From an uncultured bacterium (GTDB lineage: Bacteria > Patescibacteriota > Minisyncoccia > Minisyncoccales > CBDVAW01), in NCBI GenBank assembly GCA_965372095.1, contig CBDVAW010000003.1:1-32101 (forward strand): 32,101 bases of DNA. Direction: 5' to 3'. Every line of letters begins with the position of its first letter. The first letter of the stretch is position 1. The notes under the pieces are model-generated. The model was given only the letters and a program-made list of their open reading frames with translations, was not told where the DNA came from and made no database searches. Of the stretch, positions 1-8,967 are shown in pieces. The translations under genes and the position numbers were made by a program.

Positions 1-40
1 ATATGGTTATTAATAACCCCGCGAAAGCAAAAGGATTCAT
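1..40 (-). CDS. 5' end of a probable membrane protein running off the left edge (MNPFAFAGLLITI...)
   Basis: ATG at 40-38, hydrophobic N-terminus, TATAAT (52-47) 6 nt upstream of the ATG. Only 13 codons are visible. Confidence 0.5.
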   Translation of the reverse strand, partial: MNPFAFAGLLITI

Positions 41-94
41 GTATTTATTATACTTTTTAAAATACAATATACAATCGGCTATATTTTTAAAAAC

Positions 95-123
95 TTGACA
101 AAAACAATAAAATATCCTATTAT
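95..123 (+). promoter_or_regulatory. Sigma70-type promoter for ORF 210..569
   Basis: TTGACA (95-100), 17 nt spacer, TATTAT (118-123). Confidence 0.65.
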
Positions 124-209
124 CATAATCATTATACGGATAATGCTTATATTAATTAATAATTAAAAAAGAGTATTATCCTTTGGGTTAAGCTCTTTTA
201 TAAAAAAAT

Positions 210-569
210 ATGGAAAATGCTTCAGAAGTGACATTAAGCGAGATTAAAAAATCTCTAAACATACAAGATGTAAATCTGCCGGATATTGATCACAGAAAGA
301 AATCATTTTCTTTCTTGGAAATAGACGCAAAAGAAAAATATAATTTGATCTATTTGCCTGAAAGCGAAGGCGGGGAGATGGTAATAGAAGCTGAATTCAC
401 TAATTACTTGGATCTGTCACGCTTAAAATGCCAGAAAGTAACTCTTATAGGAAAATTCAACAATATTGACGCTTCGGGAGCAAAAATAGGAATGTTGGAT
501 AGAAGAAAGGCTTTATGCCTGAATATAAAAAGAAATGACACTAAAATAGACAGTGAAAGAGTTGAATAA
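210..569 (+). CDS. Hypothetical protein (119 aa)
   Basis: ORF with a consensus promoter upstream and a terminator hairpin directly downstream. No family recognised. Confidence 0.65.
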   Translation: MENASEVTLSEIKKSLNIQDVNLPDIDHRKKSFSFLEIDAKEKYNLIYLPESEGGEMVIEAEFTNYLDLSRLKCQKVTLIGKFNNIDASGAKIGMLDRRKALCLNIKRNDTKIDSERVE

Positions 570-575
570 AAAAAC

Positions 576-600
576 AAAGGATCCCATTGGGATCCTTTTT
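576..600. terminator. Bidirectional intrinsic terminator
   Basis: AAAGGATCCC-ATT-GGGATCCTTT plus T run, between two convergent ORFs. Confidence 0.7.
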
Positions 601-627
601 AGTTGTCATAATTACTCTCTGCCCGGT

Positions 628-789
628 TTAGTTTTTATTGTAAATTTCTTCCAAATGTTTTTCTTTGAAAACGGTTAAAAGTTGTTTGAGCATCTTCTCT
701 TTCCGGCTTGAGCTTAAAGTAATGCCTGTTATTCTTCTAAGGAGCATTTTAATGCGCCTTCTGCTGATTCTTTTTCCTTGTTTAGGCAT
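628..789 (-). CDS. Small basic hypothetical protein, 53 aa (MPKQGKRISRRRIKMLLRRITGITLSSSRKEKMLKQLLTVFKEKHLEEIYNKN)
   Basis: ATG-to-TAA frame translated by hand (not in the ORF track). It fills the gap between xseB and the terminator. Confidence 0.5.
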   Translation of the reverse strand: MPKQGKRISRRRIKMLLRRITGITLSSSRKEKMLKQLLTVFKEKHLEEIYNKN

Positions 790-906
790 ATTTTTAAATT
801 ATTAAAGGGCAGTAATCCGCTTTAGATACTTGCCCTTTTGATTTATTAATCGCAAAGACCAGTATGCTTTAGTTTTAATACCTGTTTAAACCATCTTTGT
901 CAAGTT

Positions 907-1173
907 TTATTCTCTCTGTTGGGGAAATATGTCTTCCGAATTTCCGCTCTCATCTCCTCCTATTTCTTCTTCTATTTCCTTTTTAATTTCTTCAAATTCA
1001 TTTTCAATCTTTTTGAGTCTTCCTTTGCTTTCTTTAATAATACCTGCGGCCTCTTTTACTTTTTGCAGTCCTTCTTCAACATCTACTTCTTCTTGGCCAT
1101 TGAACCATTGGGCAATCTCGGAAAGACGCTTAAGATTATTATTGAGACTTTTTTTGTCTTTTTTTTCGCTCAT
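907..1173 (-). CDS. xseB: Exodeoxyribonuclease VII small subunit
   Basis: Coiled-coil pattern LKRLSEI...VDVEEGLQKVKEA...LKKIE, directly downstream of xseA. Confidence 0.88.
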   Translation of the reverse strand: MSEKKDKKSLNNNLKRLSEIAQWFNGQEEVDVEEGLQKVKEAAGIIKESKGRLKKIENEFEEIKKEIEEEIGGDESGNSEDIFPQQRE

Positions 1174-1180
1174 ATTATTT

Positions 1181-2461
1181 TTATTTATTTTTACTTTTAA
1201 CCTTTGATTTAATTATCCCGTCGCGTATCTGTAAATCCAGCAGTTCCCCTATCTCAACATCCCGAATACTTCTGACGATTCTGCTATTATGACGGACAAT
1301 ACTGTAGCCAAGGTCTAATTGCCGCCGAGGGTTATTAAACCTCATAATCTCTTCAACAGCCTTGATCTTTTCTTTGACAACACTCAATGAACGAACAAAT
1401 TCTCGGATAATCAAATCAGCGCGAGTGCCTATTGTTTTTCTTTTAATAATCAAAGAATATTTGATCTTAGACAAGCTTGCCCTTAGCGTATTTTCAACAT
1501 CCCCATAACGATCAAAAATCATAATCAATCCCCTGTCAATAATGGCGAATATCCTCTCCAGATTAGACTTGGTCCCGGACAAAGCCGCATTATATTTACC
1601 GATAATAAACCTTTCGTCTTGTCTAACCTTAAAATGAGCTTGCTCCCACGATTTATTTAGAATATTCGCGGTTGCCGTCGGCGTAGACGCCATAGCATCG
1701 GCGGCTAATGCCACCAATGGAATATTTTGATGATGCCCGATCCCGGCAATTACGGGAACCGGAAAATTCGTTATCTCTCTGACCAGTAATTCATTGTCAA
1801 AAGCCATTAAAGATTGACGAGAACCTCCTCCGCGCATAATAACCAAAACATCAATATTTCTTTTGTTGAAAGATTTTATCGCGGACAATAAGTCTTTGAC
1901 CGCTTCCTGCCCCTCAACTCTTGAATCCATTATTTTAACTTTGAAGCCGAACTTTCCAAGATTGTTGGTAAAATCGTGGATAACATCTCCGTGTATTGAA
2001 GTAATTACTCCTATTTTTTGAGGATAGTTTGGTATTTGTCGTTTTCCACTTTCCGCAAAAATTCCCTCTTTGGCTAATTTCTTTTTTAATTCCTCGTAGG
2101 CTTTTTCTAAAGCCCCTTCTCCCACCAACTCAATCGTATCCGTTTTGAAGTTAAAAGCCCCCCATGGCGCATATATTTCAGGAGTCCCCGAAGCGATGAT
2201 CTCCATTCCGTTTTTCAAATCAATACCGGATATTTGATAGTTATACTTCCAAATTACACACTTAATAACGCCTTTATTGTCCGGATCTTTAAGTGAAAAA
2301 TAAATGTGTCCTTTGGCGCTGACTTTTATTTCGCCAACTTCTCCGATAATTTTTGCCTTGAATTGTTTCAATCCTTCATTTAACAAGGCAATATACTCTG
2401 TTATAGGAATGGGACCATCCACACATATTGCTTTAGGTTTTTTAATATTGCTGAATTCCAT
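1181..2461 (-). CDS. xseA: Exodeoxyribonuclease VII large subunit
   Basis: OB fold (GEV...GHIYFSLKD), KIGVITS, RGGGS, GIGH, ASTPTA and C-terminal LGYSIV motifs. Confidence 0.96.
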   Translation of the reverse strand: MEFSNIKKPKAICVDGPIPITEYIALLNEGLKQFKAKIIGEVGEIKVSAKGHIYFSLKDPDNKGVIKCVIWKYNYQISGIDLKNGMEIIASGTPEIYAPWGAFNFKTDTIELVGEGALEKAYEELKKKLAKEGIFAESGKRQIPNYPQKIGVITSIHGDVIHDFTNNLGKFGFKVKIMDSRVEGQEAVKDLLSAIKSFNKRNIDVLVIMRGGGSRQSLMAFDNELLVREITNFPVPVIAGIGHHQNIPLVALAADAMASTPTATANILNKSWEQAHFKVRQDERFIIGKYNAALSGTKSNLERIFAIIDRGLIMIFDRYGDVENTLRASLSKIKYSLIIKRKTIGTRADLIIREFVRSLSVVKEKIKAVEEIMRFNNPRRQLDLGYSIVRHNSRIVRSIRDVEIGELLDLQIRDGIIKSKVKSKNK

Positions 2462-2564
2462 ATTAAAGAATATTATATGCGTGTTTTTAATCCTATTAAA
2501 AAATACTTTGGCTCGGCAACTAATATAACCAAAGTATTATTTAAACCCGGCCAGCTATAAAATA

Positions 2565-3107
2565 TTAATCCCGGCCTAAGCCTTGAGACAAATTAATTGC
2601 ATTGTTGATGGAGCCGTTGGCCGCATAAAGGATTTTTCCTTCTTCATTGCGCAAAACGGTTGAACGTATGGTAATTTTAATTACCTTGCCCTCAAAACTT
2701 CCAATCTGCACTTTATCACCAAGACTATATTGATCTTCAATCAGAATAAACAAACCCGATATGAAATCCTTTACCAAATTCTTGGCTCCAAACCCAACCG
2801 CCAATCCAAGAATCCCGATTCCTGCTAATATTGGCGCCATATCCACCCCAAAAAGATTCAATAACATTAAAATAACAATTACATAAATAACGACATTGCA
2901 AGTAGTAACAATAATGTCTCCTAAAGTTTTTGCTCTTTTTTCCGACATTATTCTGCTCTCTCCTTTTTTGCCGGAAGCCAGTCTGATAGTTCTCTTAACA
3001 ATTTTGCGCAGAATAATTCTACCCAAAAAGAATATAGCCGCAATCTTAATTACTTCTATATAGTGCGCCTCAATAATATTAACAATAAATGGTTGTATGT
3101 TTTCCAT
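2565..3107 (-). CDS. mscS: Small-conductance mechanosensitive channel (MscS family), short form
   Basis: AGIGILGLAVGFGAKNLVKDFISGLFILIEDQYSLGD signature. ATG at 3107 preferred over TTG at 3146. Confidence 0.88.
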   Translation of the reverse strand: MENIQPFIVNIIEAHYIEVIKIAAIFFLGRIILRKIVKRTIRLASGKKGESRIMSEKRAKTLGDIIVTTCNVVIYVIVILMLLNLFGVDMAPILAGIGILGLAVGFGAKNLVKDFISGLFILIEDQYSLGDKVQIGSFEGKVIKITIRSTVLRNEEGKILYAANGSINNAINLSQGLGRD

Positions 3108-3334
3108 AGTGAATATTTGAATAATATCTATTTTATCATAAACCAAAAAAAACTCAATTAACCGGGTTTTAAATAAAGCAAAAATTCAAACAACATTATA
3201 CACAGTTGAAGAAAAAAAATGCAATGATATAATAATATAACAATACAAATAATATTGAAGCTTATTGGTATGCTTCTAAATTAAAAGGTCGGCTATTAAT
3301 AAATTAGATTATAATTGTATAAGAAATTAATATT

Positions 3335-4291
3335 ATGCTTATAGATAAAAAGATTATCATTATCTCTCTGACCGTCGTCGCGATGTGTTCATTGGCAATA
3401 TGCTATTGGGCAATAGACAAAAATATTAGTGAAACACCGGAGCCAATCGTTCTGGAACCTCTTGCGGAAAAGGTGCATTATGTCGGTATCCTGCCTTTGC
3501 AAAAACCTACGACAATGTTGGAAAGGTTTGCCGGCGTTGAACAATATTTGCGCGACGAAACAGGGTTGAACATAAAGCTGCGATTTTATCCAACGGCAGG
3601 AGAAGTTGGAGGATATACGGCAGTTGTTAAGGGTGTGATAAGCGGCGATACAAGCTTTGCCTGGCTTGCTTCCGTTACAACAGTCCAAGCAAACGGAAAC
3701 GGTCCTATAATTCCATTCGCCTGTGCGCAACAAGGCGGCTCCCCAACCTATCAAGGAGGATTAGCGGTTAAAATAGATTCCCCGTATAAAACACTTGCAG
3801 ATCTCAAAGGAAAAAAAGTTTACGGTTCAAGCAAATCTTCAACATCGGGCAACCTGATGCCATCCGCAATGCTTAAACAAGAAGGAATAGACAAAGAAAC
3901 TTATTTTGACGGAGGAATGCAGTTTTCAGGCTCTCACGACAAGGCGGTTGACGCGGTGCTAGCCGGGATGATTGACGGATGCTTTATCAATGACGCGACT
4001 TTTAACAAATATAATACTGAAAAAGAGGTTTTGCGTTATTTATGGAAGCACGATCCGGTTCCCGAATTCCCCTTTGTCGTTAACACTGAAAAAGTTACGC
4101 CCGAAGAGCTTGCGAAAGTCAAAGATGCGTTACTAAGGATGCATAAAACAAGCCTTGGGGGCATCCAATCTATAAATGGAAAGTATGAGAAATGGGTATC
4201 AATTGATTGGGAAGACTATTTGGGGATTAAGGAATCCATTAACGAGGTTTACGGACCGGTGTTTTATGATTTAGAAAAATGGAGCGAATAG
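3335..4291 (+). CDS. PhnD/PtxB-like phosphate/phosphite/phosphonate-family substrate-binding protein with N-terminal membrane anchor
   Basis: LADLKGK, SSTSGNLMP, GSHDKAVDAVLAG motifs. No permease or ATPase gene adjacent. Confidence 0.85.
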   Translation: MLIDKKIIIISLTVVAMCSLAICYWAIDKNISETPEPIVLEPLAEKVHYVGILPLQKPTTMLERFAGVEQYLRDETGLNIKLRFYPTAGEVGGYTAVVKGVISGDTSFAWLASVTTVQANGNGPIIPFACAQQGGSPTYQGGLAVKIDSPYKTLADLKGKKVYGSSKSSTSGNLMPSAMLKQEGIDKETYFDGGMQFSGSHDKAVDAVLAGMIDGCFINDATFNKYNTEKEVLRYLWKHDPVPEFPFVVNTEKVTPEELAKVKDALLRMHKTSLGGIQSINGKYEKWVSIDWEDYLGIKESINEVYGPVFYDLEKWSE

Positions 4292-4345
4292 CTCACAGAT
4301 GAAGAAAAAATGTTAACATTAAAAATGGCACAGATATAATATACA

Positions 4346-5149
4346 ATGGCTCGGAAAAGTCATCTGCAAACTAAATTGACTACTGTTGTGCTTTTAATAG
4401 TGGCTATATGCGTTTTAATTTCCACCACTGTTTCTTTGTATCGGCTGAACATAGTCGCAAGAGAACGCCTGGACGCCGCAGGCGTTTTTTCAGCTCAAAC
4501 CCTTGCCACTTTTAGCGTTGAGAGTATTCTTGCCTGGGATTATCCGGCATTGCAATTATCAATTGACCATACCATTGAATATGACCCCCATATCTTGGCG
4601 ATTGAGATTTTTCACAAGAATATTCTCGTGGCAAGTTATTATCAAAAAACCGAAGAAGAGGGCATTGAATATGAGGCAATGATTGTTGTTGACAAATTGG
4701 GAGAACAACAAGAACTTGGCGCTATAAAAATTATTCTATCTGAAAAAAAATATCACGCTTTTTATATGCAACAGATTTATTCGTTGCTTCTCTTGGGAAT
4801 AGTGCTTGGATTTGGAGACACTTTCTTGATATATCTGACTATGAGCAGAATGGTTTTACGACCGCTTGGACGCATTGAAAAAGGCGCAAGAATTATAGGT
4901 GAAGGCAACCTGGAACATCACATTAATGTTAAAGGAAGAGATGAAATAAGCAGATTGGCGCAAGTGCTTAACGATATGACCAAAAAAATAAAACAATCTC
5001 AAGAAGAGGCCGAAAGCTATAAAAAGCATTTGGAAGAAAGAATTGTTGAGCTGGAAAGATTCCGCAAATTAATCGTTGGAAGAGAATTAAAAATGACGGA
5101 ATTAAAGAAAGAGGTTAAGGCTTTAAAGGAAGAAATTGCTGAACAATAA
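4346..5149 (+). CDS. Two-TM HAMP-domain sensor protein without recognisable output domain
   Basis: TM, extracellular domain, TM, HAMP (RPLGRIEKGARIIGEGNL...DEISRLAQVLNDM), then only a coiled coil ending VGRELKMTELKKE. Confidence 0.85.
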   Translation: MARKSHLQTKLTTVVLLIVAICVLISTTVSLYRLNIVARERLDAAGVFSAQTLATFSVESILAWDYPALQLSIDHTIEYDPHILAIEIFHKNILVASYYQKTEEEGIEYEAMIVVDKLGEQQELGAIKIILSEKKYHAFYMQQIYSLLLLGIVLGFGDTFLIYLTMSRMVLRPLGRIEKGARIIGEGNLEHHINVKGRDEISRLAQVLNDMTKKIKQSQEEAESYKKHLEERIVELERFRKLIVGRELKMTELKKEVKALKEEIAEQ

Positions 5150-5199
5150 AACTCTTGTTTAAACACATTAAAGAAAGGTTCTTCCGGCTTTTGTTTGTT

Positions 5200-5223
5200 G
5201 AAGCGTTTTTACGCTTCTTTTTT
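5200..5223 (+). terminator. Intrinsic terminator after the HAMP gene
   Basis: GAAGCGT-TTTT-ACGCTTC followed by TTTTTT. Confidence 0.6.
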
Positions 5224-5274
5224 AATAGGAATTACGCAAACATAAAAAAATATAGTAGGCAATACAAAGAAAAA

Positions 5275-5323
5275 CCGATTGCTGAAAGAATTTGCGGTTT
5301 TCCGCAAATTCAACAGCAATCGG
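5275..5323. repeat. Long imperfect palindrome
   Basis: CCGATTGCTG-aaa-GAATTTGCGG-tttt-CCGCAAATTC-aa-CAGCAATCGG (two 10-bp stems). Confidence 0.75.
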
Positions 5324-5739
5324 GTATTGGTTGGTTATGAGGTTAAGCGCAATCAGACACTTATATAATATTTATTAATTTTATCCAGAAAAATTCGTAC
5401 TTTCGCTCTTAACAAATTCAATTTTACTGCTTCTTTTTTATATTCTTCCGACGAAACCCCTCCTTTTTGTTTTTCCAGAGCAACTTGTTTTCTTCGCCGC
5501 TCTATTTTTGTTTGAAAACAAAAAAATTCTCTCTTTGGCTTTGGCCCCTTAATACTGATGCATTTAATACATACTATGTCTATTGTCTTAATAACACACC
5601 CCCTTTTCTATTGTGTTAAATTGCTTGTTAACAACACCAACCAATATCACTTTAAATAAAAAATTCCTTTTTAGCAAATTCAATGATGATCAAAATAATC
5701 ACTTAAACCAATAATAGAAAGGAATAAAAACCGTAAATG

Positions 5740-5810
5740 CTGCCGGGCTAGGGGTCGAACCTAGATTAGCGGATTCAGAGTCCGCTGTCCTGCCATTAGA
5801 CGACCCGGCA
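5740..5810 (-). tRNA. tRNA-Gln (CTG)
   Basis: Cloverleaf TGCCGGG...CCCGGCA, anticodon arm GCGGA-CTCTGAA-TCCGC, GTTCGA T loop. CCA not encoded. Confidence 0.96.
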
Positions 5811-5877
5811 AAAATTTAAAAAACTAAACAAACCGATTCTGCCTGTCTTGCTTGAGCGAATAGTTTGGCAAAATAAG

Positions 5878-6786
5878 TTAATTCCCGAGATATTTTCTTA
5901 CGGCGATTAGACTTGAAATTGTCCCCAACCCTATCCCTGTAACTAATTGGATTAAAAGAATAAAATCAAGATTTTCCATAAAATAACTCCACATATCCAG
6001 ACCCGGGAAGAACTGCATAATTTTAATGTTGCAGAAGAAAAGTAGCGTGCCGATTATTAAAGCTGAAATTATAGCCGATACCGTGCCTATAATCATCCCT
6101 TGGACCATAAACGGCCATCTTATAAAACTATTTGAAGCTCCCACAAGTTTCATAACCGAAATTTCATTTTTTGTATTATAAATAGCCAGTCTGATTGTGT
6201 TGAATGTTATTAAAACGGCAACAATCGCCAAAACCAGACTAAATGTCATCCCCGCCCGGTTAATATCCGCGGTCAAAGAAAATAATTTGTCAATAATTGT
6301 TTGGTTTTGGTGATAGTTGACTTTTTCAACCAAGTCTTGAAAAGGCCCAACTTCCAAAAAACTGGCTACCCTCGCATATTGTGCCGCCTGGTTTGCCTTA
6401 ATTGAAAGAGAAGCCAATAACGGATTTGCGCCGACTTCTTCTATGGATTCTATTATTGTCGGATTATTTTGATGCTGTTCGGTAAACTTTTCAAGAGCCA
6501 GTTCGCAAGAAACATATTCTACGTAATTTACGCCCGGAAAATGCATTATCTCATCTTTAATATGTAAAATATCATCTTCCGTCGCACCCTCGTTAAAATA
6601 AACGCTAATATCAACCTTTTCCTGCAAACTGGCAATCACAAAATCGGTTACTCCTTTTAGCAAAAAAAGGCTTGTAACCAATGACACAATCATTACAAGA
6701 ATAAAAATAGTGCTAAAAGACAAAATGCCATGACGATAAAAATTCTGCCATCCAAATTTTATAACTCGGCCGATAACGGTAAACAT
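5878..6786 (-). CDS. ftsX: Cell division ABC permease FtsX
   Basis: NTIRLAIY...EISVMKLVGAS..FIRWPF motif, four TM segments, follows ftsE. Confidence 0.95.
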   Translation of the reverse strand: MFTVIGRVIKFGWQNFYRHGILSFSTIFILVMIVSLVTSLFLLKGVTDFVIASLQEKVDISVYFNEGATEDDILHIKDEIMHFPGVNYVEYVSCELALEKFTEQHQNNPTIIESIEEVGANPLLASLSIKANQAAQYARVASFLEVGPFQDLVEKVNYHQNQTIIDKLFSLTADINRAGMTFSLVLAIVAVLITFNTIRLAIYNTKNEISVMKLVGASNSFIRWPFMVQGMIIGTVSAIISALIIGTLLFFCNIKIMQFFPGLDMWSYFMENLDFILLIQLVTGIGLGTISSLIAVRKYLGN

Positions 6787-6820
6787 ATGTTTTGTTTTTT
6801 AATTATTGCTATTAATTATT

Positions 6821-7501
6821 TTATAACATAAAGCGTCCTCTCTCTTCGTCTCTTATCAACTTGCCGTCCTCTATCGTGAGAACTCTTTCTCTTAGGGAAT
6901 TAATAACTTCTTTATTGTGCGTAGATAAAAGGACAGTGGTTCCCATCTGATTAATCTTGACGAGAAGGCGGATTATTTCTCTGGTATTATAAGGGTCAAG
7001 ATTGCCCGCCGGTTCGTCAGCCGCAATAAGTTTGGGGCGATGGATCAGCGCTCTGGCAATTGCCACTCTTTGTTTTTCTCCGCCTGAGAGCTCTTGTGGA
7101 AAATTTTCTTTCTTATCAAGAAGTCCGACTATATCCAATACCTGCGGCACATCACGCGTAATATCGCTATTGGCAGCTCCCATAACCTCCATTACATAAG
7201 CCACATTCTCATAAACCGTCTTGGATGGGAGAAGTCTGTAGTCTTGAAAAATCGTTCCTATACAGCGGCGATGCCGGTATAGGTGAGAATCTTTGATCTT
7301 ATGAATATTGTAATTTTCAAAAAGAACTTTTCCGCTGGTAGGCCTTTCTTCGGCAATAAGCAGTTTTAAAAGCGTGGTTTTGCCCGCTCCGGATTTCCCA
7401 ATAACGGAAACAAATTCTCCCTTTTTAATATCAAAAGAGACATCTTCCAAAGCCACTGTTTTCGCATTATAGATTTTGGTAACTTTTTGAAACGATATCA
7501 T
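6821..7501 (-). CDS. ftsE: Cell division ATP-binding protein FtsE
   Basis: Walker A GKSGAGKT, FQDYRLL, LSGGEKQRVAIARA, paired with ftsX. Confidence 0.95.
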   Translation of the reverse strand: MISFQKVTKIYNAKTVALEDVSFDIKKGEFVSVIGKSGAGKTTLLKLLIAEERPTSGKVLFENYNIHKIKDSHLYRHRRCIGTIFQDYRLLPSKTVYENVAYVMEVMGAANSDITRDVPQVLDIVGLLDKKENFPQELSGGEKQRVAIARALIHRPKLIAADEPAGNLDPYNTREIIRLLVKINQMGTTVLLSTHNKEVINSLRERVLTIEDGKLIRDEERGRFML

Positions 7502-8599
7502 TGTAATTTTATCTCCGCTTTAATAAATTCCTCTATTCGCCCGTCAAGAACTTCTTTTGTGTTGGAGGTCTGATAATCAGTTCTATGGTCTTTTACAAGC
7601 TGATAAGGATGAAGCACATAAGACCTGATTTGACTTCCCCATTCAATGGAAGCTGATTCTCCCTTAACTTGGGCTATTTCTCTTTTCTTCTCCCTTGTTT
7701 TAAGCGCATACAGCTTGGCGCAGAGCAAGCTCATTGCCTTGGCTTTGTTAAGTCCTTGAAGACGCTCGGCCTGACAGCTGACGGTAATGCCGGAAGGCAT
7801 ATGAGTAATTCTTATCGCAGACTCCCTTTTATTAACATGCTGCCCGCCCGGTCCTGAAGCTCTGAATGTTTCTATTTTTAAATCTCGGGGCAAAACATTT
7901 ATTTCTTTTTCTATTTCTTTCCCAATATCCGGCAAAACCTCCACTAAAGCAAAAGAAGTATGCCGAAGATTTTGAGCTGAAAACGGAGAAATACGAACCA
8001 ACCGATGCACTCCCGTTTCTTTTTTTATGAAACCGTAAACATACTTTCCTTTAATTTCCATAGCTGCCAACTTGGTGCCTATTCTTCCGTCCGGACCTTT
8101 TGATTCGCCAAAAGATTGATGAAGAATCTTTGTTTTGTATCCCTTGTGTTCACAATAACGCTGATACATCCTTAACAGCATAGTGGCCCAATCTTGAGCG
8201 TCAACGCCACCGGCTCCGCTATAAACTGAAAGAATGGCATTGCTTTTATCATACTTACCGGAAAGAAAAATCTTGAATTTTTCTTCTTTAATTTTCTTTT
8301 CTAAATTATCTGTTTTTTCTTCTATTTCTTTTGTCAAAGTTTCATCGCATAAAAGCATTATTTCCTTTATTTCTTGCACTTCTTTGTTTAATATCACCCA
8401 GCTGCCGACCTCTTCTTGCAAGCCTGACAATGCTTGGGTTGTTTGGGCGGCTTTCTCTTTATTTTCCCAAAAATCCGGGCGGCTAAGCTCATTTTCCAGC
8501 CTCTTAATTTCTTTTCTCTTATTAGCCAAGTCAAAGACGGTCCTCCAAAAGAGAAATCTCTTTTTGAAGGCGATTAATTTTTTCAGTAAAATCTATCAT
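7498..8599 (-). CDS. prfB: Peptide chain release factor 2, translated via +1 programmed frameshift (about 366 aa)
   Basis: SPF and GGQ motifs. A 22-codon upstream frame from ATG 8599 ends GGAGGAC-CGT-CTT-TGA-C (8536-8530), and the +1 frame joins ORF 7498..8529. Confidence 0.96.
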
Positions 8600-8608
8600 A
8601 CTTATTTT

Positions 8609-8637
8609 AATTTATCACAGCGGCGGATTAAAGTAAA
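8609..8637 (-). promoter_or_regulatory. prfB promoter (near-leaderless)
   Basis: TTTACT, 17 nt, TGn-extended TAAATT ending 9 nt before the ATG. Confidence 0.55.
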
Positions 8638-8643
8638 TAAAGC

Positions 8644-8669
8644 AAAAAACCTCTGTTACGAGGTTTTTT
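8644..8669 (-). terminator. Terminator downstream of tRNA-Thr
   Basis: AAAAAACCTC-tgttac-GAGGTTTTTT. Confidence 0.65.
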
Positions 8670-8681
8670 ACATATAAATTG

Positions 8682-8753
8682 AGCCGTCCGCCGGAATCGA
8701 ACCGGCACCTTTCGCTTACGAAGCGATTGCTCTACCGTTAAAGCTAGGACGGC
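8682..8753 (-). tRNA. tRNA-Thr (CGT)
   Basis: GCCGTCC...GGACGGC acceptor stem, anticodon loop TTCGTAA, GTTCGATTC T loop. Confidence 0.95.
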
Positions 8754-8852
8754 AAATATACATTAGCTAAAATCGCTCCGCTCATTCGGCTAATGTGTTG
8801 CGAATTTGCTGTATTCCACAATATCAGGAATATACACGACATAAACAACTTG

Positions 8853-8924
8853 AGCGGGTGAGCGGAATTGAACCGCCGTCCTTAGCTTGGGAAGCTAATA
8901 TAATGGCCATTATACGACACCCGC
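8853..8924 (-). tRNA. tRNA-Gly (CCC)
   Basis: GCGGGTG...CACCCGC acceptor stem, anticodon loop TTCCCAA, GTTCAATTC T loop. Confidence 0.95.
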
Positions 8925-8967
8925 AAATTACGGCCCAATCTAAAACAAAGCCGGGAACCAAGTCTTT

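Noticed and set aside
5155-5340. 61-aa plus-strand ORF after the HAMP gene as a possible missing output domain
   Set aside because: TTG start, runs through a terminator and a palindrome, and has no signalling motifs.
5740-8924. tRNA-targeted island integration
   Set aside because: No duplicated tRNA 3' ends or integrase found in the window.
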